Of a stretch of 64,000 bases of DNA, positions 26,443-39,988 are shown piece after piece (position 1 is the stretch's first letter; each line of letters starts with the position of its first letter). Source of the stretch: Rhizodiscina lignyota (lineage: Eukaryota). The notes beneath the pieces were generated by a model that had not been told where the DNA came from, did no database searches, and saw only the letters and a list, made by a program, of their open reading frames with translations. A program made the translations under genes and the position numbers. The DNA lies in assembly GCA_010015805.1 (NCBI GenBank), contig ML978124.1, positions 620,001 to 684,000 on the forward strand, given 5' to 3'.

Positions 26443-28715
26443 GCGAAACGAACGACGTAACGACTTTGATACCCGGTTACCTTACGGTGGGCCAACGGGG
26501 AAACGGAGTTTTCGACTGAGAATCAACTTACGAGGAATTACAGACTGTTGTGGCGATGCAACAGATGGGAAGAGTCATTTTGGGAAAAGAAACTGCATTT
26601 TCAGGAGTGCTGAGCGAAAATCGAAACTGAAACCGGGCATAATTTTGCATCAAACGGGGGTTCCATACCACGGGGAAAGTTCTTTGTGCGTTTCTGGGGC
26701 GATGGGCGGCGTCATTGTGTTCTCAACTCAGTGGGTTTTTCTCGCCGAGGGGATGGCCGAGCGATGCATGCGGTGGTGAAGTTCTTTCCTGCTGCGGCTG
26801 GTGGTATCGGTGTGTGCCCATCGATTTTTGGTCGTCTGTATTTGGCTTGAGGGAGTTTTCCTGCATTGCGGTGTCTTGTCGATTTCCTCATGGCGGTTCC
26901 TGCGGTTTTGGGTTCTGGTTCAAAGGATCGTAATAATGGGTGTGAGAATGTCTCGACTTTGTGCTTCTGGGTTTCCTTTGGCTGGTGGGTCGGGTTTTGG
27001 GGCGCTGGTGTACATTCGCACATCCGGAATTATACGTCTCTCGACGAGACGTGTATTTCGGTATACACAGAAAAAAGTGGATTTTTGGCCTTCCAGTAAT
27101 TCAACTTCGCCCTAAGATTGTGAAATGCCCTCGAGTTATACAAACTTCACATGCAAAACGGTGAGATGCCATGTGAATTCTGGTTTGTGAAATGGTGTTG
27201 CGGCGGAATATAATAAAAGATCTGCAAGGGGTGTGCCCCAAAGGGACAACTAGCCGATATGCCGACGACAACTCGTCAGTCGCGAAGGATTTTTCTCTTC
27301 CCACAATAAACTCTTTCTGGGAAATTCTGTGTTCGCGAACTTCTAAAGTCTTGAATATGCGGTTAGAACTCCGCGTGTAGCCAGCATGGCCCTCGATGAC
27401 CCACAATGGAGTATCGGACGGATTGAAGAGCTCCCCGGTGACACGATTCGAAGTCTGCGCATAGGGTCCCTTGGGGCTCCTGGAAAACTCCAGAAGTCCA
27501 ATCGTTATTCGATTCTTGCAGTAATAGGATTTCTAGGTACGAATCAGCGTAACTGAGCTGCGGGTCTGCTGTCAACATAGTGGTGTGAGCCACCGGTTTG
27601 TCGACCTGAGGAGCCTGGCGGACACACCTTTATGTTACTATACGCCGCTTGGAACCTACTTTAACGTTAGCTACTACGTTGCGGGCTCTAGGAAAGTGTT
27701 GGTAATGATATCCTTCTATTCTGAGAACACAGGGTCCGGATGTTCGCCACTATTTGTCTCAACGTCCATCTATTTCTATCGCAGCTTGTCCCAAGTAGCT
27801 TCCAAACGGCTTGGCCATTTTTGTTATAATGGTCAGGAACATACTCTGCGTTGTTAATGTGTTTCTAGTTGTTGCCTTTGCAGTATGCTTGGTTCCCATT
27901 TCGCTGCGGGTGCCTCCACCGCTCGAGGGCTACCATCGCTTCTGATCGACGATGCGAGAACGATGTGTATCGATTTGGTGCCTGGTTTAAGAGAAGGGGC
28001 AGTCGTGTGCGTCTAGCTGGACGATTCCCATTCATTGTACCCTGACGGGCGCACAATGGTGAGAACCTGCGACACTTCGTCAGTACTGATAGCTTGCGCA
28101 ACCAAGTATCAATTGACAACTAACATCTCACACGAAAGCCATAGCGAAACAGTTGGTATTTTGGAAATGCTCATACCTCTTGCAATGCGTATGGGGAGGT
28201 CAAGGTCATCTAGCTGCTGGTTTCTCTGTCATGCTACTCAGGAAGGTAAGGTCCGTGGTGCGGCTGCACCGTAGCAGTTTCCATCTTTCTCTGGCGAATT
28301 CGTATCATTGGTCTTTGTTTCTATGTCAAAGATGAATGTTTTGCACCGCCGAACGATGAGTGCCGATGATTGCATCTCCTGTAATGTTTATGTTGAGTCT
28401 TTGCCGGAAGAGGGGCGCGACTGTCCCAACGCCGCCGACCATTCCACGACTCTTTGCAGCATCCTGTCACATGCAGTCCTCCGACGTCCTACCCCTTTGC
28501 ACCTCATCACCACATCATCTATTTTCGGTTTTTGCTACCATTCAGGTTATCATACTTTTGTCGCCTTCCTGACCATAATCGTCCTGCCTTTCAACAACGC
28601 GGAGCGTTCAAGCGACGAGCAAGCGAGACCACGCGACACGACACCTTACGATACCTCATAACCCGAAACGAAACCTACCTCCGAATTGCCCTCCTATCAT
28701 AACCAATTCGACAAC

Positions 28716-29111
28716 ATGTGCACCAGCCACGAGCTCCTTGTGTATCAAGGATGTCTTTGCATCTACCGCCCACCCTGCAAGTGCAAGATCCTCGAGCACA
28801 AACCTCACCCCAAGCTTCGCAGGGGATATCTTTTCTGCCGGGCGGCTGTGCTCAGACGCTTCCTGGATCGCCTGCCCGGCATTGCGCCCTTTTACTGCAA
28901 GGAGAAGTGCGGTGAGTGCAAGTACCATGATAAGGTGGAGCGTGGCAGCGGCGCTCTGAGGCGCACGCATGGGTACATATCTTCCCTATACTCGTAGTGG
29001 CTAAGAGTGCACGCTAATATATAACCCAGCGCTCTCAAGCGAGGCGATGAGCCTTGCTATGGTGCTGAAGTAGGCATCCCTTGCGGATGTACGAAAGGCC
29101 AGCGCAAGTAG
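28716..29111 (+). CDS. Small cysteine-rich basic protein (112 aa, 12 Cys), no signal peptide
   Basis: ACAACATG start context. Intron 28973-29029 (GTACAT...GCTAAT...CCCAG) extends the ORF to ...PCYGAEVGIPCGCTKGQRK*. Confidence 0.65.
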
Positions 29112-30073
29112 TTCACGGACGGTGGATAGTGAAGGCTAGTGTGAGTTTACCGATATGGACGTCTGGGGCAGGGCGCCTTCAGCACTACATATCATACTAT
29201 ACCCGAGTCTTGGCTCGCCGGTTTATGAGCAAAGGAATAGATAATAGATAGAACTTAATACGTGCGAAAAGCTTCGCAGTCACTTGCAATATGTCTGAAC
29301 ATGCTACCTGCATTCGGATGCTCACTGGTGCGCGGAGGCTGCGCAAATCGTTGAGTGGACGTACCGGACGTGGTACAACTCCATCGGAAGAGGCATATAT
29401 TGCACTTCAATCCAGTTACAACCCTGTTAAGGCACATCTTTCACGGAAAGCTGAGGGATGAGCATTTGAATTTACGCAAGTCGGCGCAAGTGACATGTAC
29501 AGATCCGTCGAGTAATCGAATGCTCGCTCTACCTCCGGTCACCGTCTCTACAATAAACATGGAGAATTTGGTCAAATTTGCCTTGATCCGCAGTTTCCCT
29601 GCACTACAAGAAAGCCGTCTGAATAGCCATTTACATTTTGGCAAGTCGGCGCACACTGCCTGTGAAGATCCGGGATGTAGTTAGATGCGCGCTCAGCATT
29701 CAACGACGCCTTCCACAATGACAGGTCAGAGCTCAGACAAATTTGCCTACCTTCATAGTGTTCCTGCGAAAACAAAGTATGCTCTGGCCAAATATGTAAA
29801 CTTTTGCAATCAGAAGTGCCTCCGATACGGACATCCCGCACATTGTTAAACGTACATTCGGCCAGTCAGGACACTTTGGAAGTGCCCTGATAGAAAGTGC
29901 GGAATTTATTCGTCCTTAGCGTTCCATTTTCTATGATTCTATGTTCAGGGGCTTCGTGGAGTACATGAAAATCCAACTTTTGGATATCGTTCGCGACACA
30001 GCAGATTCTCAAGAGCGTCAAACGTTACATCCATCTCTTAAAGCAACGCGGCTTGCAGTCCGACAGCCGAGAT

Positions 30074-30857
30074 TTAGATGCCTTTCCACCATGAGTCCGC
30101 ATCTGGAGAGATAGCAGTTAGCGCATGATTACTGCTCGATTTTCATTAATTGATATACTTACGATGAGGAATGTCAGCATGCGGAATGTCTTTACGGGCC
30201 TCCGCCTTGTGGTGGTGATGGACACCAAAGGTCTCATTTCGTTTCTTCATCACCTTGTCCAGGTCAATCTGGTCTGGATGTGTTGCCGAGCCCATCAAGA
30301 ATGGCGTTCCGAAAGGGTACTGGTGGCCAGCATCGACCTCCCAGAAGTGCCAGGTCTTCCCATACAGGTTCATAATCTCTTTCATGCCCTCAAGCTCAGC
30401 GGCCTCCCACTCTTCGTGGCTTTTACCATCTAGCTTCGGCAGAATCAGCATGCCCGACTTGACTTCAAAGTCGTGAGAATGCCAAAGCTTCTTCTCCTCG
30501 TCAGGGAAGGTCATGTAAACCTCCTTGGGGACCATGTACTCGACGCCAATGAGACGAGCATCTTTCTCATGCGAATCGTAAATCAAGCATTGACGGAGGT
30601 CTGCATCAAGTTGTTAGCTATATGGAAATGAGAGTTATGCTGATGAACACGAAGAGGTCACCGAACATACCCTTCCGGACGTGTGCGCAATAGTGAACGG
30701 CATCAACATGTCGAGTCTTTCCCTGTCGGGCCTCATCCGTATAAATGTGGACAGCCGTCAGGAACTCGCAGATGTTTGAGAAAGGCTTGAATTGCTAGCT
30801 TCCGCGTCAGTGTAAGTTATTACTGGTGGCAGTAGGCACACCTACTGGGTTGGCCAT
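30074..30857 (-). CDS. DUF1264 / oil-body-associated-protein-like protein
   Basis: Spliced MANPQFKPFSNICEFLTAVHIY...HYCAH...RQCLIYDS...RLIGVEYM...LWHSHDFEVKSGML...YGKTWHFW; three introns. Confidence 0.87.
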
Positions 30858-31903
30858 ATTGAGACTATTTGATGGCCTTTGGATCTATGCTGAAAGGAGG
30901 TGTCACGGGGTATGGCGTGCTCAATGGATCAGCAGGACCTCAGGGTATATATACGACGGCATAGTCGCTCAGAGACATGCTGTGTTGCCGCTCCCTGCGG
31001 CCGCTGATACGGTGCATCAATACTTTGCAGCTGCCTTGTCATGCTTCCGACGTCTTAGAAGCTTGTCATGACGAGGTTTACACTGCGATTTTCATCCAAA
31101 GATCCATATTTCCTTCAGTCAATGCCACTTGAGAAGAGCTTGGGCGGGGCCTCGTTAGGGATCATGGTCGGCGACCTCGGTGACCACAAGGTGGTTCTTC
31201 CCGGAACACCGTCTTCGTAATCAGGGCGTTCGAGGCAAACATGAGGCAAACGTGACGATTTGACCTATGGCCGTTGGGCAGAACGAAACAATCGGCTTCG
31301 AAATCGTGCGAGACTGGTCGGGAACACGGAGATCAGAGCGTTTCCTTGTAATGGAGAACGTGTCCGTAGTGTACTCTAAGCTGCACCAGCATGGCAGCAA
31401 CCTCTTCGGGCTTGCGGAGAACGACCAGAATTGTATTTTGATCAGACTGCAAAATCACGAGCAAATGGCTCCTCTTCGCGGATGCTCATTTCTACATCGA
31501 GTTCGATATTCTCGCGAAAGCCGCTTACGATTTTCGAGATTCCATATCAGCCTTACGATAGTTCTGGTAAGACCAAAAATCCACCAATCACTCACCGGTT
31601 TCCTGTTTTAAACCTTGTCTTGCGTGACCATACAGTTGATCTTGGCTGTTATTTTTGAAATAACCTCTTCATATCTGCAATATCTTGATGTGGAAAATAA
31701 ATTCTGGCGCGGCTTTGGCTCCGGCTTCGGAGGATGAAAGAGACGGAACCTGTCAATAGGCTAGTCGTGGCCAAAAGAGGATAATATGCGAGCGTTGCCG
31801 TATTGAACGGAATATATTAACAGCTATCCTGACTCGGCCTTGCATGCTTTGAGTTCTTCCGAGACTCGTACAGGATTTTCAAGCATCAACGCACGCTCGA
31901 TCA

Positions 31904-33676
31904 TCAAGGCAACGGCCTCAGTCTCAAGTGCAGCCCGTTCCTCGGCTTGATAGTCACGACGCCTGCAGGAATGATGTCTTTCTCCTCATCGATCATAGTC
32001 CACTCAAAGGCCCCCACAAATGCAGCGAGCAGACACCTCAACTCCGCCTTTGCAAAGTTCTGCCCTATGCAACTTCTCGGCCCATGCAGAAACGTCAAGT
32101 TGGAGTAGTTGCTATCTGCGCCACCGCTGTTGTTGGGCTTGCCGTCATCAATCCAGCGCTCTGGCTTGAATTCTCCTGCGTCCGGCCCCCAGAGCTTTGG
32201 GTTGCGGTTCACTGCCCATGGACAAATAATGACGTTGGTCCCAGAAGGGATTGGGCGGTCGAGAATGCGCGTCTCGCGGACAGAGGTGCGGACCGTTATT
32301 GGAACGGTTGGGTAGAGACGGAGCGTTTCGTTGCAGGCACCGTTGAGGTATGGAAGGCTCTCAAGAACGGCGGAAAGATCGACATCAGTGTCCTTTGCAG
32401 GTCTACCTGGCAGGGCTTGTCGAACTTCCTCACGAACGCGGCTCTGGACGTTGGGGTGTAGCGCAAGAAGGAAAGTCAGCCAAGTGAATGTGGATGATGT
32501 GGTTTCGTGACTGAAAATTGTCAGCAGCGTTACAGTCGGAGGACAATACTTACCCTGCGGCCAAGAATGTCAGTAATTGATCGACAAGTGCGTCGTCGGA
32601 GAAGTCATTCGACTTTATCAGAATAGACAGAATATCAAAGTGATCATCAGCATTTGTTTTGATCGCCTCGCGCTTCTCCCGGACGAGTCGTCCACAGATC
32701 GACCTCAGTGTACTTGTCGTTTCGGAGAAGACCCGATTCAATCGCAATGGGAGCATTTTGACGAGTTTAGCGGGACCGTATGCTTGAGCGACGAAGAACA
32801 CCAGCTTCTGCGGACTAGGCTCGAGAAGCTCCTCATAGCATCTCACAAGCTCATCATCGGAGTTTTGCAAAGCATTGATCTCCCGGCCAAGCCCCGCAAT
32901 TCCAATGATATCTAGAGTGACTTTGCTGGCCCAGCTATACATCTCGATCGTCTTGCCTTCTATAGCCTCGAAGTTGAGCCGCTCAGTGAGGGCCAGTGAC
33001 TTGCGCCACATCATTGGATATAGCTCTTTGATATGGCGGAAGCTAAAAGCGGGCATCACATGCCTCCTTTGGAACTTGTGCTCCTCTCCTTCGATGATAA
33101 TGAGGCCATCTCCGAGTACGCTGCGAAGAAAGCTCCGGACTCCTTTGGGCTTTTCAAAGTCGTAAGAATTATGCAGCAACACATCGGCCAATGCGCGTGG
33201 GCTAGTTAAAAGCAGTCGATTCCTATGAAGGGGGCTTCGGAGAAGAAGCACGCCATCGTTGTCCGTATCTTTGGACCACTCCCAGAAGCGTGTGCCGGGC
33301 GGCAATGTGAACATGCCCCGGCTGTAGAAGCAGGAATTAACGTCCTCGAGTTCAAATCTGATAATAGAGTGCAATGCACGTACCTGATACGTGCCAATGG
33401 GCTTGTGCTTGCGCTTGGAGTGGGAAAATGTCGAATCGGACTCACAAAGTAAGGATAAATCAACCCAAGGTAGAAGACGATATAGGAAAGAATGAAAGCA
33501 AAATGAAGCGCGAAAGTCCGCATGAAAGCCCACAGAAATGCATTTTGTGCAGGAAGCCTCTCAGGGAAGACGTTGGTAAGGAACAGAGCTTCGATTGCCG
33601 CCGCCAAAATGTGACTTGGGATATGTAAAATTCGGGAACCATAGCGACCGTCACTTAAACTTAAAGTCGAGGCCAT
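31904..33676 (-). CDS. Cytochrome P450 monooxygenase
   Basis: N-terminal TM region; I-helix AAGHETT split by an intron at ~32512-32552; ETLR, KPERW and heme motif FLHGPRSCIG. Second intron at ~33322-33384. Confidence 0.95.
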
Positions 33677-34354
33677 GATATGAAGCGGAACATATGGAAA
33701 GGTAGCAACATGGTGATCATTGAGTTTTCATGCTTTCGAAACGCGGAGCGAATTTCATGTCGCTGCACTCCTGGAACCGAGGCTAGTGACGAAAGGGCAT
33801 CGCTAGTTACCTTATTGGCGCACTCAAACCAAACTCGAAGAGGAGCTCATCGCGAGGTTTGATCCTTGATGCTGTGGAGTTTTTCACGGAGTTCGGAATA
33901 CATCGTGCGAACCGAAATAGTAATTACGGCGGCTGTTTTCTCCATGGGATGCCAATCAATGTCTTCACTGGAAGCTGTACTTTAGGATACGATAAGTGTA
34001 TTCAGGTGATTGTCCATTATTGCCGTTTATCATCAAGTGGTTTCAATGTTTACATACTGTGCGCTTCTGCATCACAGAGTCCTTTGCTGCTTCCAGCATC
34101 GTGGATATCATGAATACACAATTCTGCCATCTGCAGAGGTCTCGTTGCCGGACAGGTAACAGCCTTGTTCTGCTTTTCTCCTAGCTGTCTGCTCTTCCAT
34201 CCGGAAGCTTCATCTTTCAGATTGTTCATATACATATGCAGCTGTTGAGCTCCCGCTGCGGTGGTTGTGCCCCACCATGCGCTCAGCAAGAGTCATCAGA
34301 CTTCAATGCCTCGTTTGTGCGTTCTAAGTTTTGGTTACCGGTATTGCTGGCTCT

Positions 34355-35352
34355 TCACTTCATGCCGGCCAATCTTGTCCGACTTCCCCATAGTGGATTC
34401 GGCTGGAACTCGTGGTCCATCTCGTAGAGTGGTCTCTGCTCATCATCCAGCGGTACAGGCACTCTCATCTCCCCTCGGAATATCTCGACCACCGACACCA
34501 GAGGCAGGAGGAGCAGGAGCAATGGAAGTAATTGCCCGAAACTCCAGACCTTTTCCCCATCATCCGAGAGCTTGACAGAAGGGTGGCCAAAAGCTTGAGA
34601 CAGTATGATGATTCTCACGGCAGCGCCAATACCGATGGCCGCAAGGAAGAGCAGCGCCACTGCTCTGACAACCATCAACCACTTCTGCGTGCCCGAATGG
34701 AGATACCAGACAGCCATCACAAAGATGGCTGCGTTGCCGACCATGAGAGCAATCGTGCCAACAACGCTCAGCACTACGTCGCTCCTCTTCCCAGTTTCCG
34801 GGTCGTGCCACACACATGCAATCGGCAGCGTCTGGTCTAACTTCTTGACCACATTCTCCAGCACTAAGATTCCCATCACAATGCTCAGCATCAGGTTAAC
34901 AAACATCAGGAACTGGCGCAGCCACCTGAGCACCCAGTCACGTTTGAAGTCGTTGAACAGTGCGAGCAGCGCGGCCGAGTGCGTCGCTGTGGAGATGGAA
35001 CTCAGCATCCAGACGAGGAAAAAGTGGTACGGTACCATGCTCTCCATCTTGGCGAGTGCGATGCTCTGGATGCCGATTCCTGTGATGATCTGCTGGTCGG
35101 AGAAGGAGAGAAGCAGTTTGCGGGTTATGCGGGCGGGAGAGGAGCGCCGGAGTTCGGTGAGGACGATCCAGGTGGAGAGAATGAGGGCGAGGAAGGCTGT
35201 TGCGATGAAGGAGAGGAGGACCTGGATGCTGTCAACGTCTGTATTGGAAGAGAGCCATAGTGAGTGAGAAGTGGACTTACACCGGCACCAGCGACGCCTG
35301 CATCGCTGGGAATTTCGGAGGGAGCGTTCGTGCAGTTGCTGTGGTCGATCAT
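34355..35352 (-). CDS. Fungal multi-pass membrane protein of unknown function
   Basis: 'DAGVAGAG' / 'VLLSF' / 'SFSDQQIITG' / 'YHF' / 'WSFGQLLPLLLL' pattern with several hydrophobic helices. Intron at ~35223-35282. Confidence 0.8.
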
Positions 35353-36194
35353 TGTGGGGAGTTACTTAGATATGTCTTGAATTTTAATGAGAGAGATTTG
35401 ATGATGAGAGTGACGAGATATCTTCAGCGACGCGACATCAACATGATAAACAGAGAAAGGCGAAAAGCGTATTGAGCGTTTGTGAAAAGAGTGTAGTTGA
35501 AGGGGAGAAGCTGATCAGAGAAATCAGCAAACGCTCGTATACTTCACCGCACCCACGCATGACAGCCACGCCGTCATTTTAAATATAGCCACGCTACGCG
35601 CCACAAGCCGAACAGGTTGAAACATGGTTTGTCCCTTGCTATCCAACCAACACATTCTTGGATCGGCTGTCTTGGAGGCTGAAATCAGGGTAAGCGCCGT
35701 ACCGAGACGTCCTTGCACGATGGCTGTGCCTTGACGCGCATTTCCCAAATGAGTATGGTCTGTCGATATGGCAGCTCTCTGCAGGCGTCCTGGGTAACAA
35801 AAGTGAGATCTGCAATAACGAGAAGGTAGCGTAAACGCCATGAGCTTTAGCCGTCTGGATACCGAATTGTACCTGAACACTACTGCAATGCAAGTCTAGA
35901 GCCTCACAACGGATATGCCCGCCGAAGTTTAAGCGTGCCGCCCAGGTCCCGTCGTGCGTTGATGATCGACTCTGATAGGATCACAGGCTAAATCCAAATA
36001 CTTGCTGAAGAACTTCATTCCTTTTCAATTGAAGCTCTCAGTCTATCGTTTAGCCCAGACACGGCCAAAGTGGCACTGACGAGTTCACGAGAGCATCAGA
36101 GACGCCGAGATGGTTGAAGCTTGTTAAGATTGATCATGATATTGGGTATCTTGTAGGCATCATTCTCCGTTCTGCTAATCAGAATCGATGCAGC

Positions 36195-36923
36195 TTAGAC
36201 AGGAGAGAAAGCTATCAAACTTGAGGTCGAGCTGGAGCTGGAGCTGCGGCGATGACCACTGTGCTCGTCGTCCTTCTTCTCGGACAGCTCCTCTTCCTGT
36301 GACAAGCTCATCGCATATCGTCTTGCTTTGAGAGCACACCACCATTCCGCGACAGTCAACCCAATCACCGCGACTACGAACAGTCCTTCCAGCGTTCCAG
36401 AAACGCCTAAGCATTGTCCGTGGTTCAGATTCGTCACTCTGCGTGCCCATCCCTCCAGTCTATCCAGCTGGCGAGGGTGTTGGATGAGGTATGCTGGACT
36501 CGACCGGAAAGCAACCTGGTCCGGAATTATAATGCTGGAGGTGTGCCCACATATCGTATTTGGGAGTGTGATGGTATATACGAGGAACAGAAGACGTGGG
36601 ATCGTGAAAACCACAGCGTCGAGGAGGAGATAGTTTGCGTAGATCGTTAGAAGTGTTGCATGGCGCTGCAAACAGATCAGTCAACTGTCCATGAGGGAGG
36701 TCTTGGGTTGAAATAGCGGCCGATATGGAAATAAACATACCCTTCGAGCTCCGATGAGTCCGACGCCGCTGACGACCGCCGAGAATGCAGCGTAGAAGAA
36801 TATGTGATGAGCGACTTCGGAGGTAGATTTAGGAAGGCAGGCTTGGACGAGTATAAGGGTTGTTAAGGATATTATAAGGGCAGTAGCGCTGCTAATGAAG
36901 GTAAGGCGCCTGTAGGTATACAT
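36195..36923 (-). CDS. Small four-TM membrane protein (tetraspanin-like topology), unknown function
   Basis: Two ORFs joined by an intron at ~36667-36740; four hydrophobic segments with a Cys-containing loop. Confidence 0.65.
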
Positions 36924-37815
36924 GTAAGTAGACTGTTGACCTCAAGAGCTTTGGCTGGAGGTACCGGCTCGCAGCGTCGGTCTGCATTTGCGAGATTCTC
37001 GGAATTCGCAAGTAGGCCTCTCGCAACTTGTGCAGCTTCCTGAGCTCGAGTGACGGTATCGATTGTGAGAAAATCAAGCTTTCCAGAAGCCTTGAGGCTG
37101 TCGTTTGCGTGTGTCGGGGTCAGGCACGCGACAATTAAAAAGCATCGGGCCTGCTGGCGGGAAGTCGGACTGCCCTAAATATGACCAACCTCTTTTCGAA
37201 TCCTGCCACGATGCCATTCCAGCCTCACGGAACACACCACAACTGCCCCACTAACTAGCCAGTCAGAGCGGATGACTACAATGACGTTTGCTGATCATCC
37301 GTGCTCTCTTGCGATGGAAATATGCCGCTCCTTCGGGGCGATTAGTTCACTAAGCAGGAGTATATTTCGGCCTCGCCAAACTCCGATGCTTCTCCTCCCG
37401 CAAATTCCACCATCTGCTCTTCCAAGCGATGCACACGACTTGACCATCGACAAGCTTTGAAAGGCCCGGATACCCCTTCCTGCCCAATTGGCGTCCTGGC
37501 AACTTCTCCGCAGCGAGAACAACAATGAGAAGAGCTTAGCTTTGAAATCCACATGGATGTTGGGTTAGCTGCCGCTGACTTTCCGTGGCGTCCCGGAACA
37601 AGGGTTTGAATGGACCGCTCGTCCTCGTCCTCATCCTGTGCGACTCGAGCCTTGCCCTGCATTCCGATTGGGATTGAGGAAGAGCGGTCGCGTGAGCAGC
37701 AAAGGCGGCATTGATAACTTTCTACATCGATCCATTGATCGAGAGAGAGAGTCTGTACAACGAACTCTATAAACGAAAACTACAATTACAATGTGGCATT
37801 GATCCAACCGTTCCA

Positions 37816-39360
37816 TCAGGAAACTAAAACACGAACGCCTTTGCTGTCCAGCCGTGCGCTGGGATTGAAGAAATCATGAACGACCTTCACGTCGCTGTCA
37901 TCCGTTTCGAACAACTCCATATTAACGCCTCCGGCCTCCGCCGGCGCGAAGAGTGATCCAATTGTCAGAAACAGCTCTGCGTATGCGAGATTCATGCCCA
38001 CACAGGACCTGCTCCCCCGACTGAAGGGGACTAACCACCTCCTTGCTTCGGAAGGATGTGAGTCGAGCGTTGAGAGCCATCGTTCCGGAAGGAATTCCTC
38101 TGGGCAAGGGAAGAGATTTGGATTATTGTGGATGTTCATAGACGTCATGCTAACCGGAGTGCCCCTTGGTATCGTCAAGACTTTACCAGCAGTGGGGTCA
38201 TGGTAGTACAACTCGCTGTCGGGAGATACTCGCTGAAGACGATGAGAGACACCGTATGATAGCCGGAGGCCTTCTGAGATGCACGCCGAAAGGTACGGTA
38301 GATGCTCGAGCTCTGTCCAGTTCGGTGAATCCGATGTCAAAGTTGCCAACTCCGTACGAAGATTATTGAGCTTTGAAGGGTCAGAGAGGATGTGGTAAGT
38401 TATGGTAGTAAGGGTGTGGGCAGTCGTAACTGTTCCCGCGCCGATAATTGTCAATGCTTCGTCTGTCAAGCGCGGTAGGGACAATTCAACCGGTGGCAGA
38501 TCGCTCGTGAGCAGTTGATGAAAGATTGTTGGATGCTCCCGCTCGCTTTTTGTCTCGCCACTAAGGTCGTCTTGCACAGCTCGAATCTGCTTTGCTATGC
38601 TCTGCCGGAGATTGATCAACTGCCGCGTCAATGGATGCAATAATGAGATGATAGCCTCCGGCAAGACGTTGAGCATGCGATATGCCCATCCGAATTGCTT
38701 CATCAGCATCGTCCCGGCACTCAGATCCATCATGAACTTTCTCCATCCTGGTTCGAAGTTTGGGCTATTGATGAAGTTGTAAGACTGCCCGAAGGCATAG
38801 TTCCCAATGACATCTGCTGATAAGCACGTGAACGCATCCGATAAGTTCACGGGCTTGCGGGTACCAGACCATTCACTAAGCTTCGAACGGAGCTTAACAA
38901 CGTTCGCGTGAATTATTGGTTCTAGTCGGACTACCGAGCGCTTGGAGAAGAATGGATTAAGGGCGCTTCTTCGGAGACGGTGGAGCTCGTGGTTTGTCGT
39001 GCCAACAGCTGCCTGAGAAGTACCAAACATCTTAGCAGACCACTGCCATTTGTCTGTTCGCCTTCCGTGGCCGACGTAAACTTCATCGTAGAAATGGTGG
39101 TCATCTACATGGATCTCGAACGGGTTTATCCTGATGATCGGGCCGTATTGGCGATGGAGCTGTTGGATTTTCCATGTGTATCGCCCTTTACAGATTACGT
39201 CGTAGTAAAATTCGTACCAGAATGTGAGAGCAGCAAGTTTAGGTCCGGGGAATTTTGAGACTGGGCTTAGGTATAGGCGATGTACAGCAAGCGCGACGAT
39301 ATAAACGACAGGGGCGGTGAGAAGGATGCTCAGAGATATTGAATGCAGAACAAGGTCCAT
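37816..39360 (-). CDS. Cytochrome P450 (trichodiene-oxygenase-like group), intronless
   Basis: 'FPGPKLAALTFWYEFYYD', 'YGPIIRINP', AGTVTT, SEGLR, PERW and heme motif FSRGSRSCVG. Likely start MDLVLH. Confidence 0.95.
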   Translation of the reverse strand: MDLVLHSISLSILLTAPVVYIVALAVHRLYLSPVSKFPGPKLAALTFWYEFYYDVICKGRYTWKIQQLHRQYGPIIRINPFEIHVDDHHFYDEVYVGHGRRTDKWQWSAKMFGTSQAAVGTTNHELHRLRRSALNPFFSKRSVVRLEPIIHANVVKLRSKLSEWSGTRKPVNLSDAFTCLSADVIGNYAFGQSYNFINSPNFEPGWRKFMMDLSAGTMLMKQFGWAYRMLNVLPEAIISLLHPLTRQLINLRQSIAKQIRAVQDDLSGETKSEREHPTIFHQLLTSDLPPVELSLPRLTDEALTIIGAGTVTTAHTLTTITYHILSDPSKLNNLRTELATLTSDSPNWTELEHLPYLSACISEGLRLSYGVSHRLQRVSPDSELYYHDPTAGKVLTIPRGTPVSMTSMNIHNNPNLFPCPEEFLPERWLSTLDSHPSEARRWLVPFSRGSRSCVGMNLAYAELFLTIGSLFAPAEAGGVNMELFETDDSDVKVVHDFFNPSARLDSKGVRVLVS

Positions 39361-39988
39361 AAGGGAAACGCTACAGAGCGAAGGACTTCGACATACCGGA
39401 AGAAGAGACGAATATTTAAAGATAGGATGTCTAACGAAGACCGCGGTATGAAGTTGCATTAGACTCGTCGCACTGTAGGAAACATTTTGTTGAGGTTAAG
39501 GTTCCGAAACCGAGGGAAGCGCGTCCTGTGGCTTCGCAGCTGAACCCCCTTAGTGACTTACATCATGGCATGTGAAGGGCATCTATACGAGCATGTTCGT
39601 CTTTTCGTGCGTACCGGAAGAACCGGTGACATACAAACGACCTCATCATATATGTAGCTCCTAGCGCGGTCGTTTCATACTTGCCTGACGACTGAGATTA
39701 GTGTAACGCTAAGAGGGTTCAGGTCCGGCCAATGGAAATGAAGAGATATGATTTCGAGAAAGTCGTCGTTTACTGCAAGCAGTTCATCTAATTGTTGTAT
39801 TGCAAGTTTGTCATCATACAAAGGATCGAACGAAATATTCATAGGCCTTGAAAGTGAAAGGCGCCCTGTCTATAAATAAAAGGCCGTGGTCCCTATAAAC
39901 CGCCCAGGGTGAGAATGAAACAAATGGAAATCGTCGGGTTCCCATATGTACGAGCCAGCTCAAGATTTGTACACAGCTGGAGATCCAC

